Part shown: piece after piece, positions 15,001 to 26,426 of the stretch
Numbering within the stretch: position 1 is the first letter of the stretch
Layout of the letters: each line of letters opens with the position of its first letter
Source of the DNA: Podarcis muralis
Lineage: Eukaryota
Direction: 5' to 3'
NCBI RefSeq assembly: GCF_964188315.1
Contig: NC_135655.1
Span: 29,636,001 to 29,700,000 of the forward strand
DNA: 64,000 bases
Notes under the pieces: model-generated
Databases searched by the model: none
What the model was told of the DNA's origin: nothing
The model's input: only the letters and a program-made list of their open reading frames with translations
Translations under genes and position numbers: made by a program

Positions 15001-18000
15001 CAATACAAATCAGTACAAGCACAACCTAAAAGCCAGATGCAATCAATATGAAACCAGCATAAAAAGCAAGCAAGCGGGGGTGGGGGTGGGAATTGTATAC
15101 ATGTAAACAGCACTGAGGAATGCAGTGTAACACTATGGCGCTCCCAAGACTCCTAAGCCTTGCTGCACTAGCAGAAATCCTTGGGCAGGCTCCCACTAGC
15201 AGAGCTAGTAGCTGAATCCCGCTCCAGCTGTGAGTTAAAAGACATGGGGAAATAAAAATATCTTCACCTGGTAGCTAAAGGTCCACAACGTAGATGCCAG
15301 GCAAGCCTCTGCTGGGAAAGCATTCCATAAATGGGGTGCCACCAAGGAAAATACTCCCTCCCTTGGCCACTTGCCTCATTTTGCTAGGGGCGGGGGGAGA
15401 TTTGGAGCAAAATAATTAATCCCGAACCCTGCTAATAAGATGGCTCATTCCCTGCAGCTGCTGAAAGAGCAAGGCACCAACCTGCAGCCACTTTTCTTCC
15501 TCACTGGACTCCAGTAGTCCCCAATCTTCAAGATACTGCAATCTGTTTTTGTTATACTCCCTCAAGAATTTTGGTCCAATTGTATGCCACAGAATATTCA
15601 CATTCCTATCAAAACTGCTTAGTGCCCAGAGCTACCTCATATGCCACACCACTAAGTCTGCTGCCACTAGGAGTGTAAAGTAGCCCTGTGCCTTATTATT
15701 CATCAGAGCAAAGAAATGTTAACCTATAAAATACACCTGGAATCTTGGGCTCTTACCTTCCGTTCCTCTGCTTTGCGTACAGGCTGAGGTGGGAGCTCTG
15801 ATTGTTCACCATTCACTGTGGGTAAGATCATGCCTTGGGTAAACTCTGAAAGGTATTAAAATCTCATTATTCCATTCAAAGCATCTAGAAAGAAACCACA
15901 TTTCATAACAATCATAGCTGTAAGAAAGCATCATTAAAGGAAGGCAGGATGTCACAGAAAATGGGATAAGAAAGCTACCACACACTTTGATAAATTTATA
16001 ACACTGGAACTTATCAGTTCAGACCTCCAAGAGGATGTACTGAAAGCTATACAAATGCTTTTGAGAGCAGGAAAGAGGGTCAAACAATAATTACATAATA
16101 CAGTGGTACCCCGCAAGACGAACGCCTCGCAAGACGGAAAACCCGCAAGACGAAAGGGTTTTCCATTTTGGAGGCGCTTCGCAAAACGAATTTCCCTATG
16201 GGCTTCCTTCGCAAGACGAAAGCCCATAGGGAAATCTCCTGGACAGCGGGGAAGCGCAACGCGTCTTCCCCACTGTCCTCGGACCTCCTCCGAAGGCTGG
16301 CGGTGGGGCGGAGAGACCTCCTCCCGCAGCCAGGCTTCGGAAGGCTGTAAAGCAGCCCCCCGCGACCCTCTCCCGGCTGGAGAGGTGACGCGCGCCTATG
16401 GCAGCAGCCTCCATAGCCGAGCGTCACCTCTCCAGCCGGGAGAGCACGCGCGGGGCTAAAGCAGCCCCCCGCGACCCTCTCCCAGGTGACGCGCGCCTAT
16501 GGCAGGAACCTCCATAGGCGCGCGTCACCTCTCCAGCCGGGAGAGCGCGCGCGGGGCTAAAGCAGCCCCCCGCGACCCTCTCCCGGCTGGAGAGGTGACG
16601 CGCGCCTATGGAGGCTCCTGCCATAGGCGCGCGTCACCTCTCCAGCCGGGAGAGCACGCGCGGGGCTAAAGCAGCCCCCCGCGACCCTCTCCCAGGTGAC
16701 GCGCGCCTATGGCAGGAGCCTCCATAGGCGCGCGTCACCTCTCCAGCCGGGAGAGCACGCGCGGGGCTAAAGCAGCCCCCCGTGACCCTCTCCCGGCTGG
16801 AGATGTGACGCGCGCCTATGGAGGCTCCTGCCATAGGCGCGCGTCACCTCTCCAGCCGGGAGAGCGCGCGCGGGGCTAAAGCAGCCCCCCGCGACCCTCT
16901 CCCGGCTGGAGATGTGACGCGCGCCTATGGAGGCTCCTGCCATAGGCGCGCGTCACCTCTCCAGCCGGGAGAGCACGCGCGGGGCTAAAGCAGCCCCCCG
17001 CGACCCTCTCCCAGGTGACGCGCACCTATGGCAGGAGCCTCCATAGGCGCGCGTCACCTCTCCAGCCGGGAGAGGGTCGCGGGGGGCTGCTTTAGCCCCG
17101 CGTGCGCTCTCCCGGCTGGAGAGGTGACGCTCGGCTATGGAGGCTCCTGCCATAGGCGCGCGTCACCTCTCCAGCCGGTAGAGGGTCGCGGGGGGGCTAA
17201 AGCAGCCCCCCGCGACCCTCTCCCAGCTGGAGAAGTGACGCTTGACTATGGCAGCAGCCTCTGAAGGCTGCTCCGAAGCCTGGCGGGGGGGGCGGAGAGA
17301 CCTTCTCCCCGCGCCAGCCTTCGGATGCCTGTCCTGAAGACTTGGGGTGGGAGAAGGGTTTTCCTTCCCACCGCCAACATTCAGAATGCTGTTCTGAATG
17401 TTGGCGGTGGGGAGGAAAAACCCTCCTCCCACGCAAGCCCCGGGAACAGAGGGAAAGCGCTGCGCGCCTTCCCCTCTGTTCCCGTACCTGTCCTGAAGGC
17501 TTGCGGTGGGGAGAAAAGCCCTTCTCCGCACCGCCAGCCTGGCAAGCGGTTTCCATAAGAACGCATTAATTGATTTTCAATGCATTCCTATGGGAAACCA
17601 TGCTTCGCAAGACGAAAAACTCGCAGGAAGAAAAAACTTGCGGAACAAATTAATTTCGTCTTGCGAGGCACCACTGTACTATATTAGAGACATGCAGCCT
17701 AAAGTTTGACTGGTAAACTCAGGGCAGGTATATATAATTTTCAGACCACAACTCCAAGTTCTCTAGTGCAGGCATGCACTACTGTGGCCCACAAGGCTTT
17801 TTTCCCCACAGTGATGTGGTGGCAGTCTCCTTGGTGCTACTTGAGACAAATAATCCATAATAATTACTATCAGCACTGAGATGGAAAATGATAATTCTTC
17901 ACATCCTTGAACGGAGTCTTGCCTCACCAGATTTACTTTGGTAGACCAGCAGAGGATGGAGAAGGTCCTTGAGGTATCACAAGTCCTAAGCCATTTAGTG

Positions 18001-21000
18001 ATAACCAGTACTTTAAACTGCACTCAGAAACACCCTGACAACCAGTGTAGCTGCTACAGTATGGGACTGATATTCTCCCCAAACCTGCTACATGTTAAAA
18101 TTTTAGCAGTGGCATTTTGTACTAGCTGAAGCTTCCAAAGAATCTTCACAGGAAGCCCCACACAGTTTGCTACAGTAATCCAGGCAATATGTACCTAAAG
18201 CCCTACACACTCACTCTCCACCGCTCATGCCAAGGAAAGAGGAGACCAGCCCATTGGTCTCTGGCTGCTTCTGCCATCATTTCTGCAGCCCACCCACTCC
18301 CCATGTTGGGGGCTGCATGTCTTCGGTGGGAAGCCTGCTCTACTCAAATAAGCTCTCCACAAGATTAAGAAGCCTGAAAGATCAGGGTATGAATCATGCA
18401 GGGAGCCTACTCAAATAGAACAGGCTCCTTGCTGCAGACATTCAGCCACCAACATGGTGTTAGGGGGAGTGGTGGGTGCTGCAGAAGGAAACGGTGCCAG
18501 GGGATGCAGGAGACGACAAGGCCAGACTTATTCCCTCTATCCCCTTCAGATGAGGGTTAATTGCAGGACAAGGGGAGAACAGGGATTAAGATGTATGACA
18601 AAGATAGACAAGTTTATTCTAAGCAAACTATTTCTAACAGATTTCAAAACTCCTTCGTCCTCCACAAGAACAGCTTTGACTCGACTATTTATTATACGCC
18701 TCTGTACTTACCTGTTTTGAGAGTGCTAATGTAAGTTTCCAAAGCACTGCTGATCTGATTTACACCTTCATGCTTCATCAGAGCTAGCAGGTTGGTGTCT
18801 GGCTCATCTTTGGCAAGACTAACGCTGATCTGAGAAGAAAAGGGGGGGGCAGGAATTCATATGGTTCCAACAGGACAAATCTCTTTTCACTGCACATACT
18901 CCTCCACCCTGTAATGCATCCATGCGGTAGCTTTTTGTAGATTTGAATGGTAGAAATCAGATATGAACTAATGGGGCTTAAAAATAATAAAAAGCTGAAG
19001 AGAGATAAAACTTGGGACTACTTGGATATCTGATCCCTCTTCAACGAAGCAGAAATCAGGAAAATAATCTGTAACTGTGTTCTTACCTCAATTTCATCAA
19101 CATCATTTTCATCCGATAGATTGGGAATCTCCACATATCCCTTATACTTCACACCTGTATTTGAAGTGCCTGTGAAAAGCAATATACTGAATGAATTGCT
19201 CAATTTCCCTTTCTAACAGCAACTTCTGACATGTTCTGGCATTCTAGAAAACTCTCTAAATTCCCTTTCTCTCTTCCCTTGGAGAAGGGGGTTGTTATCT
19301 GCTTCCTAACTATTTGAAAAGACTGTAGAAATTCTGCTTTTTGACAATTCAACCAGCACTCTACAGCAAGATCACATTACGTAGCTAAAAACAAAGCAGG
19401 AAAACTCACCTGTCCAAGTCAGCTTGATATTCCACTCATAGAAGAAAATCAGCTTTCCTTTGCGGTTATTGATTGAGGCTTCTCCATCCAATTTACTCAC
19501 TTCTGTCACTTCACAAGTTCCCTCTGCATTCTCTGCTCTAATAGCCAGAAGCAAACTTTTCAGTTTCTCTGAAGACCAGTTAGATGCATCTCTTTCAGTC
19601 CTAAGAAAAGAAAAAAATTCTCAAAATGTAAAAGGCAGTAATGAACAGCTGGTGCTTTTCAATGCTCCAGTGTTGCAAAGTTAGTTTCCAATGCATTGCA
19701 TACACCCCCTTTGTCCCATTCCCTAGAAACACATGGTATTTGGCTATACATCCTGAAAAGTTACACTTCCAAAACTGACTTCTTTTAGGGACACATGGAA
19801 GAGGGTAACCAAGGGTTTTGACTAACCACTCTGTATACCTCTACACCAGCGGTGGTGAACTGGATTTGGCCAGTGGGTCAGATTGCTATCTTTCCCACCT
19901 CTAGTGGGCTAAGCTTGACAGGTGGGCAGAACCACAAAGTTGTCGATCACCTGACATCAGATTACCTTTTCTGCTTGCAAGGGTCTTTGCATATCACTTC
20001 ACAAGACAGCACTTTGAAAGGGGCTTCTCATGACCCGCCAATTGCTGAGGCTTGCTAACACCCTTTCAAAGCACTGCACAATATAGTGCTTTGAAAGGGG
20101 CTTCTGAAGTGCTGTCTATTTGAAGCACTTCACACTGAGCTTTTCAGTTGCTAACAAACTCCCTTTTGGCTAAGCCAGGTTTCTACCTGCTCCACACCTG
20201 ATGTCATATGATGTTAGGTGTAGGGCAGTTGGGTATAGCTTGGACAAAATAGCCTTTTTACTTAATTCCCACCACTCAGCAATTAACCAATTATGTCCAA
20301 TATACATCTATATACATCTATAAAGGAGGGCTCCAACCATGACTAAGAACCCATACCACCTATTTAACCTTGGCTGATCAATTTCCTCAGCCCCATTCTG
20401 AATCTGTTACTTTACTTCAGCAGGATTATGAACCAGGAACAGCTAGACAACATAAGAGTTAGGTCCATTGGGATCCATTCAACGTCACACTCTTCTGGTT
20501 GTTCCATTAGTGCAAGCATTCCTGCTTGTCAGACAGAGCAATCCCCCCTCTCCTTCCCCCATGCACTGTTCTGGGGGTTCTCCTGACCCTCCAGAATGGA
20601 CTGGGTGTGGGGGGGGGGGCAAGGCCTCATTGCACTAGCAAGAGCTCTGCTGGTGCACAGGGCTAGCTGAATCCAGGCCACTTTAATTAATGTGCATGAA
20701 TAACTAAGTGCACTAATTTCAAAGTATAACTTAGTTATCCAGTCCTATGCTTCTAATACAATAGGATGGCTCAAGCTTGAGTTATACAAGAGTCATCACA
20801 TATTGAGCTTACACAGCCCCAAAACTTCCTTCTTAACTCTTAACTTCCTAGCTCTGGTGCAAGCAAAGCATATTGTTGAAGCTCTCACTAGTAAATCTGT
20901 CTAGTAAATTTCAGGCGTGGCCAAACTTGGCTCTCCAGCTGTTTTGGGACTACAATTCCCATCATCCCTGACCACTGGTCCTGTTAGCTAGGGATGATGC

Positions 21001-24000
21001 AAGTTGTAGTTCCAAAACAGCTGGAGGGCCAAGTTTGGCCACGCCTGCATCTAGTTAGACACAGACTGTCTGCTGCTGTGGAACCTACCTTTTTATTTCA
21101 TTTAAAAATTATATTTTTTGGTAAAACAATCTGGCAACATGAGAATGGCATCATACACACGCTTAATGAGTAGTCCAATCCCAGCAGGTTCCTATATTTC
21201 AATGAAAGAACAGGATGTACAGTTCTAGCCAACCCACAGGATTATTTTGAACCACTAGGTGGACGGACGGAGTGAACTCACAAACTGCTGAGATCATAGC
21301 TGTTAAATCTACCCAGCAGAGAAGTAACTTGTGACATGACAGAGACAGATTATACAAACAGATTTCCCCTTTCCCGCTCCTTAAAATACAAGAACTAAAT
21401 TCCAATACATCAGGCTTCTGCTTTGAAAACCAATCTAGATAAAATGTTTCTGTAGAATCTGCATGTAAAAACAAAGAGTGCTTCATAAGTTGAAGATGGC
21501 TATATGTTTCACAGTTGCTTGAGTGCTGCTGCATTAGCATTACATACCCTTGGAAACTACAGCTTGCTCACCACTGCAGAATGAGCTGCTGGCTCACTTC
21601 ATACTGCCTATGTCACTGTTTTTTCTTTTTGGCTCCGCACCCCCCAAGGTTGGGGCAGGAGGACAGAAGAAACTGCTGCTAACTGGAGAGCTCTCCATGG
21701 TTCTAGAGAAGCACACACACCTTCCTCGGATATGAATTAACCATGATGCTCAAAGAGACAGTGCATATTTCCCCTGTGGTTTAATTTAACTGGCAAGTTC
21801 CCAGAACAGGGAACCTACAGTATTTATCCTTCCTCCTTTAAAGCCTCCTGCAGCTGAAAAAATAGCAGCTGCTCACTCATCACAAATTAAGAGCATGGTG
21901 ATCATGTTTCTAGTTGTCTAAAGATGCAGAAGAGCCTGGATAAGGAGCAAAACTGATTGGACTGAAAATCTCAGGAACAGGAAAGACCTGGTAGATATAG
22001 TCACAAAAGGGTAGGACTGGACTTCTTTATACTAATCCTGAAAGCTGTGGGTTGCTACTAGGGATGGAAGAAGATACGGTTTTCTGTTTCACCCTGTATT
22101 TAACGCATGCAGCATTTTCTCCATTCTGCTGCAGTTCATCTTCTGCCAAAACTTACATTATTTGTCTCACTGTGCGCTGTGGTAAAATTATGTAACTTGC
22201 ATATTATAATTACACTGTTGTTACTTTATCCCACCCCATTCATTTCTATGCAAAGGAAACACAATGCAAATGTGGGGTGGTGGTGGCATAATCGATTACG
22301 TACAATTTGCAGGTGGAAAGCAACAGCAAACACTGGTCATATTTGCCAGATTGATATGCATTAAAGACATGAGGCAAATAAGCAAACACTAGCAACTTCT
22401 ACTTGGGTTCATCAGAGGTCTCCAGCATCCCTAAGCGGCTGTTCACAAGAGTCCATACCATAATAAATCAAGATGTAAAGTGCCATTGGCACTTGGTCTT
22501 TGCACTGCTGGCAAAATGCCATATTTACACAAGCCACACTGTGCACAGCAGCTGCTTGAAAATATTGTGCATAGTTCACTCCTTGCCCAGGTCAGTAAGT
22601 GTGGTGGCAATCGCATGAAAAGATTTTCAATAAGAAACAAAAAATAGAACGCTATACATAATAGTAGATGTACATGACCAAGTGACAATATGAAGGCATC
22701 CTGCATCTCCAGGTTTTTCTGGTTCATTTCTATTGGAATAGAAAAATGACTTTCTTACAGCAGCACACAAAAATTATTCTAGTTTTATAATAGTATTATA
22801 ATAATAGTTTATTATTTATACCCTGTCCATCTGGCTGGGTTTCCCCAGCACTCTGTCTCCAATAGTGACTACTGAAAATACATGATGTGATAGCAACAGC
22901 CACCCTCTCTGCTATCAGTGTCCTGCACTCAGGAATACTGCTTCTGTGTTTGGAAGCTCCATTTATATCAAAATTGTTGTCAAATCACCCATGAATTTGT
23001 ATGTGGCAGAATTGCTAGTTTGCTTAAGACAACTTGCGTCACCATTTTTCAAATTAAGACTGATTCCTATCTTGTCATCATTAATTCCACATTAAGGAAG
23101 CAATGAATGAAATCCTCCCCCATTCTCAAAATGCTCCTGGAACAGTTTCCCTGGATACCACCACTTCCTGTCTACCCACTTTCTCCACAACTACCACACT
23201 GCAAATCAGTGTGAAAAGCAATCAGATACAGCAACCCAGCTAAACAAAAAGCATGGCTTTGCATGTCAGAAACACAGTAAGCACAAACGCACCATTAAAA
23301 ATGACAAGGGGCTTCCTATTCTGGAGAGTGCTTCTGCAGCACCAGATTATGATACAGGTGGAGGGGCTGCCTCCCTGTTGCAAACTACTTTTATTCAGCA
23401 GGCACTCGCTGGCTTTGCCAGATGCTGCACCTGGCCCCTAGAAAAGACTGCCAACGTTTTTGTTTGTTTTAACCAGTCCCCAGCTCCCATGCACTTAAGC
23501 GCAGCTTGATCTGAAAGAAGTAGCTAGCGATCATATTTCTTTTTCCATGCCAAAAAGCACCCAAACTCTCACTAGCTGCCCTTCTACAGATCTAGCTGTT
23601 TTGGTTTTTTTAAAGGAGGTTAAACCAGGCCAGGGAGGTTTCTCTATCTCTCCTCACCCCTGTAATCTTTTACCACACTTATTTGAGAGTAAGGTCCACC
23701 GAACCCGAAGGGAAGTGACTCCGGCGCGAACACGCATAAGCGGTGGAGAATCTAGTGTGAAGGGGTCAGAGGCAAGAGACAGGGAGAGAGAAGCAGACAC
23801 GCGTCCCCGCAACCGCGGGGGTGTGGGTGGTTGTGGGTGTGGCGGTGGCAGCACGGCCGCCCTTATTCCCCCAAAGCCCTCAGGGGAAGAGCTGCACACC
23901 CCCCCCAAACACGAGCCACTTCTCCTCCGCCCCCCCCAGCCCCCGCTGCCTTCCCGGCCCCCCTCGCCCACCAGTGCCAGTTGTTGACGTTGGTGGCATC

Positions 24001-24051
24001 CGCGCGCTGCTCCACAATCCAGCGCGGATCTCCCTCTCCCCACTTGGCCAT
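12050..24051 (-). CDS. AHSA1: Activator of Hsp90 ATPase 1 (Aha1), complete CDS, 340 aa
   Basis: Exons (minus): 24051-23972, 19600-19410, 19169-19087, 18829-18712, 15845-15757, 14862-14728, 14217-14116, 13050-12999, 12222-12050. Total 1023 nt, all GT-AG, open frame MAKWGEGDPRWIVEQRADATNVNNWHWTERDAS...WQRYYFEGIKQTFGYGARLF*. Carries the NxNNWHW motif and the C-terminal AHSA1/START-like domain. Confidence 0.98.
12434..12788 (+). mobile_element. Tc1/mariner non-autonomous element, CGCAAGACG subfamily, 355 bp (AHSA1 intron 8)
   Basis: TA|CAGTGGTACCTCG ... CGAGGCACCACTG|TA; repeated subterminal CGCAAGACGA motif; about 120 bp left end and about 80 bp right end shared with the 16101 and 28380 copies. 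Confidence 0.9.
16101..17676 (+). mobile_element. Tc1/mariner non-autonomous element, CGCAAGACG subfamily, 1576 bp, with internal palindromic array (AHSA1 intron 4)
   Basis: TA|CAGTGGTACCCCG ... CGAGGCACCACTG|TA; same ends as the 12434 and 28380 copies; no transposase ORF. Confidence 0.92.
16348..17262. repeat. GC/CpG-rich palindromic minisatellite, units of 109 and 101 bp, about 8.5 copies
   Basis: TAAAGCAG unit starts at 16348, 16457, 16558, 16667, 16768, 16877, 16986, an inverted copy near 17087, and 17198. Each long unit contains a 34-bp inverted repeat around a 9-nt loop. Confidence 0.95.
20912..21047. mobile_element. hAT-type palindromic MITE, 136 bp
   Basis: Perfect TIR CAGGCGTGGCCAAACTT / AAGTTTGGCCACGCCTG; same core as 1087 and 36362; no clear target duplication. 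Confidence 0.8.
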
Positions 24052-26010
24052 CAGCGCCTCGCCGAAGGACTCGCCGCTTCTGCCTCTGCCCGGCTGGCTG
24101 GCTGGCTGGCGAGCGCCCGTCGCCCTCGCTCTCTCGCCGCGCGTCTGGAAGCTACTAGAAGCGCCGCCGGCAGCCGCGCCGCCTCCCAGCTTCCGGCAGC
24201 CGCCGGAGAGCTTCCTTCCGTTGCTCCCCGCCGCCGCCGCTCCTTACTCCCCCAGTACCATAGAGGGTATAAGCGTAACACACAGACACGCGCAGCCTGG
24301 GCAGGGGAGGAAACTGACATGAACACCGAGGGAAGCGGGAGGCACGTTATTGGGGCAGAGTGCATAGACGTAAAAGCAGAGTCTATATGTTGCCTGCCTC
24401 GCTTCTGGGTGCCGCCCTCCTTCTCCTGGAGCAAAAGTGACAGCTCGCTGTGGCAAATCCAGGATTTGAAGCGAAGCCGTGAATTGGCCAGCGGCCGAGT
24501 GTCCACCAGAAACAAAAGCGAGCGGCCTCTCGACAGGCTCTTTCCTACTCAGACCTGTTTTCGCGTGGGAATTAAGTGTTTAAAGACTTGAAGCCGCATC
24601 TACGCCGTCTAAGTGAGCGTCGGGTTGGGGCTGGGGGGGGGTCTAGAATTTCATAATCTCTGCCGGGAAGCATAGCTGTCAACGTTTCCCTTTTTTAAAG
24701 GGAAATTCCTTTATTCCGAATAGGATTCCTCGCAAGAAAAGGGGAAAGTTGACAGCTATGCTGGGAAGTGTCGCTCTATTTTTGGAGAAAATCCAGCTTC
24801 CTTTAACTGAAAGGGAGGAAGTTCACCGCGGAAGTGAAGGACTGCGGTGGTGTGTAACTCTTCGTTTTAATCTCTGCAACTCAGCCTGTGAGGCACGTAA
24901 AGGCCTCGAGAGACACAGGTTCGGACTGGCCTCCCACTGCCATGTCGACGTTCCTTGGCGTGTTTCACCTTGGAGATGCCAAGAGACAGGGAGACGCCGC
25001 CTGCCTGCCGGCATTCATCCATCCCTAACGCTGGGCTTCTTTGGACTACAACTCCCGTCATCCTTGGCTGGGGCTGATGGGAGTTGCAGTGCAAAACCAC
25101 TGAGGGGGTGGGGCAAAGGTTTCCCGCCACGGCGCTGCGGCGTTCGATCCAATGCCCGGGCTGTGTGCGTAGGCTTAACATTTGCGCGCCACTTTAACCT
25201 TTCCTTACTTCTGTGGCTCCTCCCTGCTTCTGGTTCCTCGCCTTGCCCCTTGTCTGGGCCGGAGCCCTTTCACTCCTAACCTAACGAAGCAACACAGCCC
25301 TTTTCAAAAGAAGCGGCGCGTAAACGGAGTTTTGCCTCCGCCCATGACCCGTAGTGACAGAAGCGGAGCGGGGGAGGAAGGAGAGCGAGAAAGGCTCGGC
25401 GCTGAGGGCAGCCCGGCTTCCTGCCTGGGAAGCGCGGCACAGCCTCTCCCGATGTAAAGCGTCGGCCTGAGAAACGCCGCCGCGCTGCGCTCTGTAGTCG
25501 AAACCGATGGCTGGGGAACCAGCTGGAAAACTACCTCTCCCGTGATGCTTTTCGAAAGCAACCGCCTTTCTCTTTCCCTGCCTGAGGAGCCGAGGAACAC
25601 GGCCCGCAGAAGGGCGCAGGGCCCAGCGCCGAGCATGGACGGGGGACCTGCGTGGTGCTGATCGGATCCCTGCCCGGCTGGTCGTCGCTCCCCGCCCTGG
25701 AGGCCCTGCTTCTCCGAGGGTAGGCGGCTGTCTTCTCCCTCCGTCGCGGGAACGGGGTCTCCGGCGCTTCCTCTGGCGGGGGGCTTTCTGAGCGAGGAGG
25801 CGCAAGACCGTGTCCTGAGGCAAGTGGAGATGCACCGGGCTCCTGCTTTCTGCCTCGCCCCTTCCTGGCGCTTGGGCTTGGCCAGAAGAGGTCCCAGCCG
25901 GTTATCTCATGCCCACCCCCACCCCGCGCCAGCAACATTGGCTGCTGCTATTTATACGGGGTCATGGACACCGGGATCTTCCGCCCCTGGGGACGCTGCC
26001 GCCTGAGGCA
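23790..26010. promoter_or_regulatory. CpG island and bidirectional promoter of AHSA1 and VIPAS39
   Basis: Dense CpG/GC region covering AHSA1 exon 1 and the upstream interval. Contains an HSE-like element (24142-24161), GGGAAATTCC (24700-24709) and CGGAAGT (about 24829). Candidate VIPAS39 non-coding exon donors are TAA|GTGAGC (24613) and AGG|GTAGGC (25720); which is used cannot be determined from sequence. Confidence 0.85.
24142..24161 (-). promoter_or_regulatory. Heat shock element (HSF1 site) candidate upstream of AHSA1
   Basis: Minus strand cTTCtaGTAgcTTCcaGACg: four alternating nGAAn units, two perfect and two with one mismatch, about 90-110 nt upstream of the ATG. Aha1 is a known heat-inducible co-chaperone. 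Confidence 0.6.
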
Positions 26011-26403
26011 GTCGCCTCACTTTGCTTCATGGGTGGGACGGCTCTGGTCACCCGTGTTGCCTGCTGCTGCCTTACATTCTAGCATAGGCGTCTCTCTCTA
26101 ACCCTTTTCTCTCTTTCTCTCTAATGAGATTGTAGTCTAATATAGGCAGAGAAGCAAGTAATGGAGGAGACGCAATGAAAAGAAAGGTTGGGTGGAATGG
26201 ACTTGCATGTTTCTTAAAGTCATGTTGCAGTGGAAACTTATGGGGAGGATGGGGCTACTGCCCCCCCCCCCAGCTGTGGAGGCCAGTCCACCCAATGCCA
26301 ATGGGGCAGTGCTCCAGCAGCATCAGTCCAGCCTTAGACAGCTGCCAGCCTATTTGCCTTCTTGCTTATATTCAGTCCAGGGAGTGGCGCTTCCTGTCAG
26401 CTT

Positions 26404-26426
26404 CCTCCTCCTCCTCCTCCTCCTCA
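26404..26426 (+). repeat. (CCT)n microsatellite
   Basis: Read directly. Confidence 0.85.

Noticed and set aside
15416-15601. 61-aa ORF as an alternative AHSA1 exon
   Set aside because: No matching splice sites or Aha1 similarity; more likely a decayed LINE fragment.
12223-15756. Intronic H/ACA snoRNA in AHSA1 (I recalled a possible one in the human gene)
   Set aside because: No convincing two-hairpin H/ACA fold or sequence match was found by eye; an Infernal/Rfam scan would decide.
16348-17262. CRISPR-like repeat-spacer appearance
   Set aside because: Spacers are not unique (two sequences in two orientations), units are too long, there are no cas genes, and the context is a vertebrate intron.
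16080-17569. Cluster of repeated 60-120 aa ORFs
   Set aside because: Products of the palindromic array and MITE ends; no transposase motifs (no HTH, no DDE/D).
22100-22200. Similarity to 58340-58420
   Set aside because: Short and degenerate; most likely two copies of an old dispersed repeat, family not identifiable by eye.
23547-25938. Many 100-256 aa ORFs in the AHSA1/VIPAS39 island
   Set aside because: Low-complexity Pro/Arg/Ala/Gly frames expected in stop-poor CpG islands; only the 80-nt AHSA1 exon is supported.
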